Positions 18,434-27,449 of a DNA stretch of 64,000 bases are shown here, in pieces; positions within the stretch are counted from its first letter, which is position 1; each line of letters starts with the position of its first letter. The translations under genes were made by a program, and so were the position numbers. Where the stretch lies: contig CAYGTV010000001.1 of the NCBI GenBank assembly GCA_964353135.1, forward strand, positions 309,497 to 373,496, written 5' to 3'. This DNA comes from an uncultured Candidatus Saccharibacteria bacterium. Lineage in GTDB: Bacteria > Patescibacteriota > Minisyncoccia > Phycocordibacterales > UBA918. The notes beneath the pieces are model-generated. The model ran no database searches. It saw nothing but the letters and a program-made list of their open reading frames with translations, and was not told where the DNA came from.

Positions 18434-20032
18434 TCACGAGTCCTGTGTACTGGATGCGGTAGCTTTAGCTGTTGTTTTCTCAAAGGCAGGGATCACAACA
18501 TCTGGTATGGTGGCTTGCTGCACGACGAGGTCCGAAGCAATCGCAACTGGGGTAGAAGTTGGGCGCAAATCGAGGTCTGCACTAACCTCTACTGTAGTGG
18601 TAGATACTACTGGGGTAGAGCTGGCAGTTGGTGTTGGAGGCTCGTCACCAACAGGCTTGGAATCTTGCTGTTCTAGATCGTCCTCATCCTGAAGACTGGT
18701 TGGGAGCGCTCTAGTTTCGCCTGTAGCATCTGGTTTAGGCAGCTCTGTAGGTAGCTCTCTTGGCAAGTGCTCTAGAGGGACAACTTCCCCGGTTATCAAG
18801 TCAAACCCCTTCATGACACTGTCACCATTTTGATACCGCGCTTCATATGTGACTAGCATACGAGGATTAACAACACTCACACCCTCTGTGTCAGCAATCA
18901 GGTTAAAGTTTTCAGTACTTATTTCGTATGTCATCAGAGACTGAGTGCCGTCGTTTGAACGGACATTCCAAATAATCATGTCGCCGTGAATGTGTGGTGC
19001 TATATCATGTTTTTGCGAAGTGGTTAGTTGCATCTCTGTTTCTCCATCAAACAGCACGATCTCCCAGTTATTTGTTACCCAGCGTTGCCAGACAGTATAA
19101 TCACCACTCCTGGTTGGTTCCATATTATTAACACGGGTATTTGTGAGCTGAACCTCCTTTCCTGAGTCGATATCGTACGACATAATCTGGTATCGGTCGT
19201 TGATTAAGCGATGCCAAACTATAGTGTTTGAACGTGAATCAAAGTACGGCGAAGCATCTTCCAACTCGTTGTCTGTAAGTTTTGACTCAACACCATTTTG
19301 AACTACATAGATTTCCATGTCACCGGTACTATCTGGAGCAGCAAATAATGCGTCATCAGGTAGATCATCCAGGTTCATCTTCTGACAATAGAAACTGCCA
19401 TCTGCTACTTCGGTACATTCATTGCGATTAAATGCGATGGCTTGATCAGAGTTCATAACGGTTATCTCTTGGACTACTCCTTGAACGTTAACCTCGTCTG
19501 TAGTGATCCCAGTATTATCAGTAGGCTGTAAATCTGGTTGCGGTTGAGCGTCGTCAGAAGTAGCAGAATTAGAATCAGTTTCAACCCCAGATTCTGTGCT
19601 GTCAACATCGTCTCCTGCCTCACCAGTGCCTGACTGACTAGCGGGCTCTTCTCCTGTTTGGCTGGTAGTTGTTGCAGTCGAAGAACTCACAACCTCACCT
19701 GTTGTAGTCTGCTCATTTTCAAACAGCTCGGTTGTTGTAGCGACCGCAGAAGAGTCGGCTAGATTGCTTTCATCTGTAGTATTTAAAATTTCCTCGGTCT
19801 CTATTGTGGTGTCTGACTGTACGTCTTCTTGAACATCATCAGGAACCTCGACCACCTCATCGTCCGCACTAGTGTTTATGGAGACGACCTCGGTAGTGCT
19901 TGGTACCGTGCTGACAGTTTCAGGTACTGGTTCCTGTGCATAGGCATTTGCAACCGGGTGCATAAGCAAACTGGTGCACAACATGAAAGCAGCGACCAGT
20001 GTCACCCTTGAAGTAAAGGTATATCGATACAT
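18434..20032 (-). CDS. Secreted protein: signal peptide, long acidic T/S/E/D-rich low-complexity stalk, then a beta-propeller-like (PD40/TolB-like) W-containing repeat domain.
   Basis: Signal-peptide-compatible start at the internal ATG 20032..20030 (MYRYTFTSRVTLVAAFMLCTSLLMHPVANAYAQ); the track's ATG at 20149 is an alternative. Repeats: ...TIVWHRLINDRYQIMSYDIDSGKEVQLT / YTVWQRWVTNNWEIVLFDGETEMQLT / MIIWNVRSNDGTQSLMTYEIST. Confidence 0.65.
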   Translation of the reverse strand: MYRYTFTSRVTLVAAFMLCTSLLMHPVANAYAQEPVPETVSTVPSTTEVVSINTSADDEVVEVPDDVQEDVQSDTTIETEEILNTTDESNLADSSAVATTTELFENEQTTTGEVVSSSTATTTSQTGEEPASQSGTGEAGDDVDSTESGVETDSNSATSDDAQPQPDLQPTDNTGITTDEVNVQGVVQEITVMNSDQAIAFNRNECTEVADGSFYCQKMNLDDLPDDALFAAPDSTGDMEIYVVQNGVESKLTDNELEDASPYFDSRSNTIVWHRLINDRYQIMSYDIDSGKEVQLTNTRVNNMEPTRSGDYTVWQRWVTNNWEIVLFDGETEMQLTTSQKHDIAPHIHGDMIIWNVRSNDGTQSLMTYEISTENFNLIADTEGVSVVNPRMLVTYEARYQNGDSVMKGFDLITGEVVPLEHLPRELPTELPKPDATGETRALPTSLQDEDDLEQQDSKPVGDEPPTPTASSTPVVSTTTVEVSADLDLRPTSTPVAIASDLVVQQATIPDVVIPAFEKTTAKATASSTQDS

Positions 20033-20255
20033 CAACGAATTAACATACAGCTCTGAGTCAGAACCCGAGCTATTGCTTGTTGTTTTTGGAGGTCTGTATG
20101 TCGAATATACGTTGTAATATAAGGTTTTTTGAGTGCTTCTACGTTTCATTTGTTGGCTTGACTTCGTTCAGTCAAAAAGCCTGTTATTCCCATCACAATA
20201 TAATTTTATCAATCTTTCAAGAGGTTTGAAGGTGTTATCAACACAAACAAGGGCA

Positions 20256-21011
20256 TTATTGGAGGAAGAAATCTGCCAGAATTATTGAAAAATCTTTAAA
20301 CGTCATGCGTCCGTCATTATCAAAATCGAATAGTTGCGCTTGATTCTGCCAAGCCCCCATAAAAGCACTGATGTCTTGGAGGGTGACTTTTCCATCTTTG
20401 TTTAAGTCAGTAGTAATCCCGCTTGCTATTGCAACCCTAATTTCTTCAGGTGAGGTGTTTTCGTCAAAGTTAAATAGGCTTACTTTGTTTGCATCGTTTG
20501 TTGAAGGGGTAATTTTTTTACCTGTTCCATCACCCGCAACCAAGGTAATATCTTGTGAGCGGATCTCGTACTGTCCGGCTTTGAGAGCTCTAAATTTTAT
20601 AGATGCTACTGGATGCTTTCCTATAAAACCACGACGAAATGTTCCGCCGGTTAATTGTACGTAATCATTGGCAATAATCGGGTCTTCGGTCCATAAGGTT
20701 AGTACTGATGTACCACGGTCAACACTAAACACCTCGACTTTATCAGGTGGAAACACGACTGTAATATCTACAGCATTGACTGGCGCATGTGCCGACACGC
20801 CAACTTGTAGAGTTAAAATTTGACCAACTTCGACCGTGCGCACATCTGGAGTTAGATAAACGTAAGATTTACTTGTACTAGTTATAGTTGTGGCTCCTAA
20901 CAACAATACAGTTCCAAGCACAGCTGGAAACATATATTTAACTGTCGCAGACGACACGCGCTTGCTGCGGTAGACTTTAACTGTAGTAATAATCCAAGTA
21001 AAAGCGCTCAT
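20256..21011 (-). CDS. Small secreted adaptor-like protein with a cohesin-like beta-sandwich domain and a C-terminal dockerin (two Ca-binding-type repeats).
   Basis: Dockerin repeats: DLNKDGKVTLQDISAFMGAW ... FDFDNDGRMTFKDFSIILADFF. Cohesin-like region: TVEVGQILTLQVGVSAHAPVNAVDITVVFPPDKVEVFSVD...IKFRALKAGQYEI. Confidence 0.65.
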   Translation of the reverse strand: MSAFTWIITTVKVYRSKRVSSATVKYMFPAVLGTVLLLGATTITSTSKSYVYLTPDVRTVEVGQILTLQVGVSAHAPVNAVDITVVFPPDKVEVFSVDRGTSVLTLWTEDPIIANDYVQLTGGTFRRGFIGKHPVASIKFRALKAGQYEIRSQDITLVAGDGTGKKITPSTNDANKVSLFNFDENTSPEEIRVAIASGITTDLNKDGKVTLQDISAFMGAWQNQAQLFDFDNDGRMTFKDFSIILADFFLQ

Positions 21012-21014
21012 TGT

Positions 21015-21695
21015 TTACAAAGACGTTACCGTGTTCCTGATTTGCTCTGCCTGTAGACGTGAGAATGCTAGTGCTTCTCGTGTTTCATTCACGTTTGTTA
21101 ATATTGACAAAATTTCTTCTGAACTCGCGGACTTTCCTGCAATAAGAGCGTCGATGATATTCTTTTGTGCTAAGACTAGCTCAGCAAATAATTCACTCTG
21201 TTTTTGCTCTTCGGTCGCTAGTGCTCGCCACTGCTCTACCTTAGCCTTCTCAAACTCATCGCCAGCAGTTAGCGTGTTGAGCAGAGCAACTTGCTCTTCG
21301 TAAGCTTCAATTTCTCGATTAAACCGAGCAGACATGAGCGATTTACGATCTGAATAGAAACTTGCGCATGAACGGAATAGAACATCGAGCTCACGCAGCT
21401 CGGCTTGAGCAAGTCCACTATCAAGACGTCCAAGTAAACTATCAAACCGCATTCGTTCAGACATAGGACAGTCCCTAATAACGGATTCGGTCACACTATC
21501 AGCTCCATTACGTGCGATTGTTTCAGCAATCGTATTTAGAACTGCCTCTTGTTCTGCAACCTGTACCCGTGAAGCGCTTGTAAAAGAATCAACTCGCTCA
21601 GAGGCGATATACATCCCGAGCAAGATAGACAGAATTAGCAGTCCTGCAACAATGATAAAATTTTCACTTTTTTTGAGTACTGGGATATTAGTCAT
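21015..21695 (-). CDS. Hypothetical N-terminally membrane-anchored, mostly alpha-helical protein.
   Basis: 226-aa ORF with an N-terminal TM (FIIVAGLLILSILLGMYIA). Stop and start abut the flanking genes. Confidence 0.55.
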   Translation of the reverse strand: MTNIPVLKKSENFIIVAGLLILSILLGMYIASERVDSFTSASRVQVAEQEAVLNTIAETIARNGADSVTESVIRDCPMSERMRFDSLLGRLDSGLAQAELRELDVLFRSCASFYSDRKSLMSARFNREIEAYEEQVALLNTLTAGDEFEKAKVEQWRALATEEQKQSELFAELVLAQKNIIDALIAGKSASSEEILSILTNVNETREALAFSRLQAEQIRNTVTSL

Positions 21696-21702
21696 AGGTA
21701 TA

Positions 21703-23454
21703 TTAGCTATCTTTGGTTAATGATGTGACGTCTTTGATTTCCTTCTCTACTGCCTTTTGTGAGGCTTCAAGTGAAGCACCAAACACTGCTAGTGTATCAG
21801 CTTCAGCTTTTGTAAGCTTGTTAGTTTTGCGTGATGCCATAAGCAGTGCTCGTTGTTCTGCAACTGTCTGGTGTAGTGAGGTGAATTCACGCTGCAGAAT
21901 AGTCAACGCTTCGTTTGATTCTACTCCTACCACACCTCTAAATCGACGGTATACAAATAGCATGTACCAGACACCAAACACCAACAATAGAGACAACAGT
22001 ATAAGAGGTACGATGACTGACATTGCATTTACAACTTGTGTTCCGATCCTAATGTAGCCAGGTTCTTGGACAGCGATCCGATACACCTCAGATATTTCTG
22101 ATTGGGCTCCAAACTGATCGGTTGCACGCGCTGATAATTCATATACCCCAGTATATAACGACCCATCGGGGATGAAGGTGAACGTTCCAATTTCGTCACT
22201 TACAGTCTCATATACGTTTTGCTCACTACCAACTCGATTAAAGAAAATTTGTACAGCGGAATTTGGTCTAGTTGAACCTGTAATTACTGGTACAACATTT
22301 ACACTCATGTCAGTTGGAACATCCACAAATACTGGTCGTTCAAAGGACTCAATTGTAAATGAGAAGGTCCCAATGACACTATTGCCAGCGCGATCAAATG
22401 CCTCTACGATCACTGTGTGATAGCCAGGTTCAAGAGCCTCGAGTGTATGCGTTGTTGCCCCAGCTTCGGGTACATACTCATAAGGCTCATTGGCATCAAC
22501 CTTGATTAAATACTTTTCGATACCAGAAGTTTCCTCATCAATTTCAAATTGCAGAGTTTTTGCTGGATTTGATGGATCCGAGCTAGTGGCCAAACTTATT
22601 TTAAAGTTTGTCGGCACTAGAGTATCTACCCCCAGTCGATAGTGCTGTACACCACCCCAACCGTCTGAGTTCTGGAATTGTAAATGGAAATACGACACCC
22701 CTTCCTCTAAATCAGCCAGAGTAATAGAGCTGATAGGGTTCTCATAAACGCGTGTTGGTATACTAGAAGGACTGCTGTTTAAAAGCGTACGCACTGAAGT
22801 GACACCAGCTGGCAGCGTCCACGATAGTTCTGCAGTAGTTTGGTTTGACCAACCATCTGGATTTGGGTGGGTTGTTGACTGAATGTTAGGTGTCGCAGGT
22901 GTATTTGCTGACGGCACATACTCTACAATTACTTCAGGTGCTGGAGCCTCTGTTGCCGCACTAACAGTATATGAACCACCATTCATAGAGGTGAGGATGT
23001 TAGTTCCTCTACCGTCATTAGCTAAAACGGAACCATTAGAAAAAGACACTTGTGATGCCCCAGCCCCTTTGGTTCTAAAAGTTACTGTCACAATTCGTCC
23101 AACTGAGCCTGCAAACCCACTTGGTACTCCGCCGCTAAACGTCACAGTTCCAGCTGAATTCGAAAAGGCCGGTTCAGCTGTCCAAAGATTAAAAATTGAG
23201 CTATTTCTATTGACTGCCACTACAGACAGTTGGTTTGGATTGAATTTAAGTGTACCCTCTGCAGCGTTAACCGACTCTCCGTTGGTGCGAATTTGTACAT
23301 CGACAGAAAATGTTGCTCCAGCTTGGTAGACACCAGTGCTTGGCGATACTTGCATGACCGCCGCTTGAGCAAAACCAACAAAGCACATCCACAGCGCTAG
23401 AACAAAAATGGTTTTAAACAATGTTTGTGGAGTAATAAAGCAAGATTTAGTCAT
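21703..23454 (-). CDS. Surface protein: signal peptide, cohesin-like N-terminal domain, Ig-like middle region, C-terminal TM helix and cytoplasmic coiled-coil tail.
   Basis: ATG verified at 23454..23452 (MTKSCFITPQTLFKTIFVLALWMCFVGFAQAA). Cohesin-like: VSPSTGVYQAGATFSVDVQIRTNGESVNAAEGTLKFNPNQLSVVAVNRNSSIFNLWTAEP...TVTFRTKGAGASQVSF. TM: VIVPLILLSLLLVFGVWYMLFVYRRF. Paralog of 58916..60448. Confidence 0.7.
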   Translation of the reverse strand: MTKSCFITPQTLFKTIFVLALWMCFVGFAQAAVMQVSPSTGVYQAGATFSVDVQIRTNGESVNAAEGTLKFNPNQLSVVAVNRNSSIFNLWTAEPAFSNSAGTVTFSGGVPSGFAGSVGRIVTVTFRTKGAGASQVSFSNGSVLANDGRGTNILTSMNGGSYTVSAATEAPAPEVIVEYVPSANTPATPNIQSTTHPNPDGWSNQTTAELSWTLPAGVTSVRTLLNSSPSSIPTRVYENPISSITLADLEEGVSYFHLQFQNSDGWGGVQHYRLGVDTLVPTNFKISLATSSDPSNPAKTLQFEIDEETSGIEKYLIKVDANEPYEYVPEAGATTHTLEALEPGYHTVIVEAFDRAGNSVIGTFSFTIESFERPVFVDVPTDMSVNVVPVITGSTRPNSAVQIFFNRVGSEQNVYETVSDEIGTFTFIPDGSLYTGVYELSARATDQFGAQSEISEVYRIAVQEPGYIRIGTQVVNAMSVIVPLILLSLLLVFGVWYMLFVYRRFRGVVGVESNEALTILQREFTSLHQTVAEQRALLMASRKTNKLTKAEADTLAVFGASLEASQKAVEKEIKDVTSLTKDS

Positions 23455-24499
23455 GATGAATTTGGGTGTAATTAGCCTCAATTGCCTCTATCTCTGCCTG
23501 ACGTTTTAGGATTGATCGTCGGCGCACAATGAACCACGCACCAACTGCAGCCAGCAGCACCAACATTACAAATAGGACATATGATAAGAATTGTTCAAAC
23601 GAAAGTGTGCGTAGTTCAGCGTCTGGAACCAGAGTTGCAATGTATTCATTACCAGCTTTATCAATCGCACGTACACGGATGATGCTGTTGAGGGACTGAT
23701 CCTCAAGCACATATGGGCTTCTGGCCTCTACCCATGATACGTTTGCTCGACCCCAGATAAACGCGTCAAATTGAGTGAGGGATTCTTCCCGTACTTCATA
23801 GCGATCAATTCCTGTTTGCTTGTCAGTTGTAGTAAACGCTATGTAGTATTTACCAGCAAAGGCTAAGGCGTCCTTTTCCAACTGCAAGCTAAACGGCTGA
23901 GGTGGGACGGTATCAGCATCGATTTCTTCAGTCCATGGATCCTGGGTAATTGCTCCTAACTCTGGTAGAACTGTTATTTTGTTTGGAAACAATTCTAGGT
24001 CGGCTTCTGTTCCAAAACCGTCGTTTAGGTATGCTACGGTTTGCGAAGTAAATTGAACTGAGGCTTCGACAGTTTGACCGTCTTGTGCCAGTACAGAATC
24101 AGCCCTTATAATGACATCAAACAAGTTATTGGTCAGACGTGGATCACCTTCAATCCGTCCACAGTATCCATTTGGAATCCCACCGGCAAACGTGACCTGG
24201 GTTTTATCCTCGTTCAAAGCGGGTGTTTCAACCCAAATGCTAAAAATAGAGTCACCAAGCGACACATCGACAGGCTCAATCGGTCCACTAAAGGTTAAGA
24301 CCCCTTGGACAGCATTAACGCACTCCTCTAACTCTTCGTTTGTGTCTAGTCTAACACTTACCTTGAGGGCATCTCCGCGGGCAATTGTAGTTACACCCGG
24401 ATCAAGGTACAACGAGGCTGCTTGGCCGGCACTAGGAAAAAGTAAAACCAGAAGAAAAAATATCCCCACGGAACGTTTCATATAAATGTAGTATATCAA
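23447..24499 (-). CDS. Surface protein: signal peptide, cohesin-like domain, C-terminal TM anchor + basic tail.
   Basis: MKRSVGIFFLLVLLFPSAGQAASLYLDPGVTTIARGDALKVSVRLDTNEELEECVNAVQGVLTFSGP... C-terminal LSYVLFVMLVLLAAVGAWFIVRRRS. Its last 8 nt overlap the downstream gene's start. Confidence 0.7.
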   Translation of the reverse strand: MIYYIYMKRSVGIFFLLVLLFPSAGQAASLYLDPGVTTIARGDALKVSVRLDTNEELEECVNAVQGVLTFSGPIEPVDVSLGDSIFSIWVETPALNEDKTQVTFAGGIPNGYCGRIEGDPRLTNNLFDVIIRADSVLAQDGQTVEASVQFTSQTVAYLNDGFGTEADLELFPNKITVLPELGAITQDPWTEEIDADTVPPQPFSLQLEKDALAFAGKYYIAFTTTDKQTGIDRYEVREESLTQFDAFIWGRANVSWVEARSPYVLEDQSLNSIIRVRAIDKAGNEYIATLVPDAELRTLSFEQFLSYVLFVMLVLLAAVGAWFIVRRRSILKRQAEIEAIEANYTQIHHD

Positions 24500-24530
24500 C
24501 CGATTTCAGTTGATACCGACTATATACACA

Positions 24531-24555
24531 AACAAAAAACCCACCTCGTGGTGGG
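24531..24555 (-). terminator. Rho-independent terminator downstream of the 24604..25743 gene.
   Basis: Minus-strand transcript: hairpin CCCACC-ACGA-GGUGGG (24555-24540) followed immediately by UUUUUUGUUUGUGU (24539-24526). Confidence 0.5.
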
Positions 24556-24603
24556 AGATAGGGTCTTTTGTGTTATAACTCCAAGCTTAGAGTCCAGTTT
24601 CGA

Positions 24604-25743
24604 TTAGAAAACTGGGGTTGCTACGTATGTCAGCGTAGCAGTGTAATCGTCAGCAGCTTCCTGAAGAGAAGTCACTTCGATTTTGTACAGCACCTCAGCA
24701 GTTCCTTCTCCAGGATTGGTCGCATCTGCTGGACCATCATGTCGAAAGACTTCTACTGGTGTAGTTGAGGCAGAAACAAAGTTTACTCCCCCACTGTACA
24801 GATCTGACAGACCAGCTGTCAGCGTATCATCACTAGATGTTAGTGCCCAGTGACCAGCTTCATTTTCAGCTCCAAGAGAACCACTAGGTGATGCCCAAGG
24901 TGCAGGTGTCGATGTAAAGTCACCGTCGGCGAATCCATCGATATCTGCTCCGTTTGAAGATGTTAGCTGTTGATCTGCAGCAACTGTTACAACAAAGCCG
25001 TTTGCGGCGTTAGTTGAAACTGTTAGTGATTGCGCTGCAGTTGTTGCGTTGTCTGCTACCAGTTCACCGAAAGGAATTTCAGTGGCTGTAGACGTTTTAC
25101 CAACTGGATCTGATCCAATGGTTGTCACATCACCTCCAGCAATACCAGATACCGTAAAGGTAAAGATGGTATCAACTGTGGCAGTGACGGTAACAGCGTC
25201 AACGATTGCTACTCGAGTTTCACCAGAGTCAACTGATCCCGCAGTAACATTGATTTCGTAAGAAATCCCGGCTGTTGCTGGATTAGTGATCTGGTTTACA
25301 CCACTATCAGCGTTTAGACCGATCTGGATGATAACTTCCTGTCCTGCTCCAACTGTACCTGTACCGGAGGTAAAGGTAATGCCGGTTGCAGAGGTTGTTG
25401 CTCCCCAGGTTGCACCAGACGGTGCAGCTGCCAGAGTTACATCTGACCCATTGATGTTGAGATCGAGATCTCCTTCATCTAGAGCAGCGATTCCTGTGAA
25501 AGCGGCATCAAACGTAAGTGTGATGGTTTCACCAGCAGCTACTCCGGTTGGAGTAACAAATTCGATTGTGTGATCTGACACAACACTCGGTGCTGAGTCA
25601 GTCAACGTGTTGCTAAAAGTAGTGACATTTGCCGCCTGCGCGAATTGCAGGGTTGGAAAGCCAAGTGACCACATAATGATCGCAAGACTTGCAACTAAGG
25701 CGGTTGCTTGGAGTACAGAGAACGCATAGTTATTGCGTGACAT
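24604..25743 (-). CDS. Secreted 379-aa T/S/G-rich surface protein whose C-terminal ~180 aa are homologous to the C-terminus of the 2047-aa protein (ends ...VLYKIEVTSLQEAADDYTATLTYVATPVF).
   Basis: Signal anchor: MSRNNYAFSVLQATALVASLAIIMWSLGFPTLQFAQAA. Its N-terminal region (TFSNTLTDSAPSVVSDHTIEF) resembles the N-terminus of the 60993..62885 protein (QFSDTLSDSGPNEQSNHTMRF). Confidence 0.75.
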   Translation of the reverse strand: MSRNNYAFSVLQATALVASLAIIMWSLGFPTLQFAQAANVTTFSNTLTDSAPSVVSDHTIEFVTPTGVAAGETITLTFDAAFTGIAALDEGDLDLNINGSDVTLAAAPSGATWGATTSATGITFTSGTGTVGAGQEVIIQIGLNADSGVNQITNPATAGISYEINVTAGSVDSGETRVAIVDAVTVTATVDTIFTFTVSGIAGGDVTTIGSDPVGKTSTATEIPFGELVADNATTAAQSLTVSTNAANGFVVTVAADQQLTSSNGADIDGFADGDFTSTPAPWASPSGSLGAENEAGHWALTSSDDTLTAGLSDLYSGGVNFVSASTTPVEVFRHDGPADATNPGEGTAEVLYKIEVTSLQEAADDYTATLTYVATPVF

Positions 25744-25978
25744 ATACTCTACGTTGTATTAGCTTACAGTGCCCTTTAGCGTGGTGTGCCTCAGGGATGC
25801 GCCATATTGCTACAGCACATTGTAGTTGAGTCTCCACACTCTATCTACAAAAGATCTACTGTAAACATACCCGCTCTGACACAGGCGGCTGACCTGTATG
25901 CGTACACAAAAAACTGCGTACACTCGGCAATTACTAACTGAATTACCTCCATTGCGGATACTCTACCATTGTACTCTG

Positions 25979-26001
25979 CTCGGCTAGCCGAGATTTTGTT
26001 T
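25979..26001 (+). promoter_or_regulatory. GC hairpin plus T-run (plus-strand terminator-like) inside a 600-bp non-coding gap.
   Basis: ctcggc-ta-gccgag (25979-25992) followed by attttgttta. There is no plus-strand gene to terminate, so it could end an antisense or small RNA. Confidence 0.25.
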
Positions 26002-26300
26002 ATACACAAAAATAAAATTTTTTACCAAAATACACTCTCGCTACTGTTGAAATTTCCAAACTTTGGGTAGGAACTGGTAACAAGTGCTACAGCTAACCTA
26101 GCAAGTGAGTCACACAAAGCTGAACCTTTTGAGCTAAGTCCCACCTCGCTCTGCTTTCGTTTCGCTACAGATCGGGTGTTCTCACTTTCGTTCGAAACGG
26201 ATAAAACCTAGCGGACATCATCCATTACTTACTCAACCAACATGCCTGAAGTACAAACCTGAGCCCCACCTATTTTCTTGCCTAGACGGCATAGAAAATT

Positions 26301-26351
26301 CTGGACTCTCGTCCAGAACGGCTAAAAAGCAAAGCCTTTTGCTTTTTAGCC
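26301..26351 (-). terminator. Probable terminator region of the 26346..27446 gene: two hairpins followed on the minus transcript by AAUUUUCUAU.
   Basis: 14-bp A/T-tract stem ggctaaaaagcaaa-gcct-tttgctttttagcc (26320-26351, overlapping the TAA stop). Then ctggac-tctc-gtccag (26301-26316). Confidence 0.35.
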
Positions 26352-27446
26352 AGTCCAGTTAAAGAGTAGGATCGAGAAATCTTCTAGTCCTACATTCCCA
26401 TTTTGATTAATGTCAGCTGGCGGATCAGAATCGCCACCATTTGTTTGCCACCAAAAAATAAGGATTGAAAAGTCGATCAAGTTCACTGACCCATCTCGGT
26501 TCAAGTCAGACGGCTGGCTGGCAGAACCATCCACTCCAACAAACAACTGGAGGGTAGAGCTAAAATTACTTTCTGTAGTGAGCGGTGAGCGTCCGACGAC
26601 CGCTCGCGCTCGTAGTGTATGCTCTGCTACACTCAGAGTGGCTGTATTAAGCTGGTAAGACCACTGTCCATCGCCACCAGCAGTAACCACCTCCACCCGA
26701 GAACTGTTGTCGATATGCAACTCTACTCGTGCCCCAGCTGCTGCTTGTCCTGATACGGTAATAACATCTCCAGGATCAACCCTCTGGTTAACAACACTAA
26801 TAGTTGGAGGGATAATGATACCTGTAACATTCGTAATAGCTCCCTGAGTTACATCGAACGTGTTGTTGATGGTGATAGATCGGTTACCTCTACTGTCAGT
26901 TGTCCAAATACCCATGGTTGCAGTACCAGGATCTGCATCAACTGAGAATTGGAAATCACCATCATTGTCCGCTAAAACTGAACCGACTGAAACTGCATCA
27001 AGCAAAAAGTTTATACGACGACCAGGATAACCCTGACCGCGTACACTAATTAGAGTGTCACCCAACTCTGTGTTACTTCCCCCTCCTCCACCTGAACCAC
27101 CTCCGGAGGAACCACCTCCGCCTGAACCGGCTGGCTCAATGACACAGATCGCCGAACAAAAGTCTCCATCGTCGTTATTTCCGTCGTCGCACTGCTCACC
27201 AAATGCAGTCTGGAGAATACCATCACCACAATACGGACCAAAAAAGCATGACACATTACACTGTCGCCCCGCTATTGTCTGACTGTAGACCCCTGTCTCT
27301 CCAGGCACATCACAGTCTTCATTACCGTCAACAATACTATTGCCGCAGATGCTGAGTTCGAGAGTAGTTGTCGCAACCTGTTGCGCATCAGAAAAGGAAG
27401 GAATTACTATAGCGAATAGGCATAACAAAGCTAGTAAGAACCGCAT
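26346..27446 (-). CDS. Secreted modular protein: signal peptide, myxococcus-type cysteine-rich repeat (CGDG...GEQCDDGN.DDGD.CS..C), Gly/Ser linker, Ig-like domains, C-terminal dockerin.
   Basis: MRFLLALLCLFAIVIPSFSDA. ICGNSIVDGNEDCD...YCGDGILQTAFGEQCDDGNNDDGDFCSAIC. GSGGGGSSGGGSGGGGGS. C-terminal DLNRDGSVNLIDFSILIFWWQTNGGDSDPPADINQNGNVGLEDFSILLFNWTG, nearly identical to the C-terminus of 60993..62885. Confidence 0.75.
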   Translation of the reverse strand: MRFLLALLCLFAIVIPSFSDAQQVATTTLELSICGNSIVDGNEDCDVPGETGVYSQTIAGRQCNVSCFFGPYCGDGILQTAFGEQCDDGNNDDGDFCSAICVIEPAGSGGGGSSGGGSGGGGGSNTELGDTLISVRGQGYPGRRINFLLDAVSVGSVLADNDGDFQFSVDADPGTATMGIWTTDSRGNRSITINNTFDVTQGAITNVTGIIIPPTISVVNQRVDPGDVITVSGQAAAGARVELHIDNSSRVEVVTAGGDGQWSYQLNTATLSVAEHTLRARAVVGRSPLTTESNFSSTLQLFVGVDGSASQPSDLNRDGSVNLIDFSILIFWWQTNGGDSDPPADINQNGNVGLEDFSILLFNWTG

Positions 27447-27449
27447 AGA

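Noticed and set aside
20150-20255. Hairpin ttgact-tcgttc-agtcaa (20158-20175) between two minus-strand genes, as a possible terminator.
   Set aside because: No U-tract on either side, AT-rich weak stem and a 6-nt loop. More likely incidental or part of a promoter or leader.
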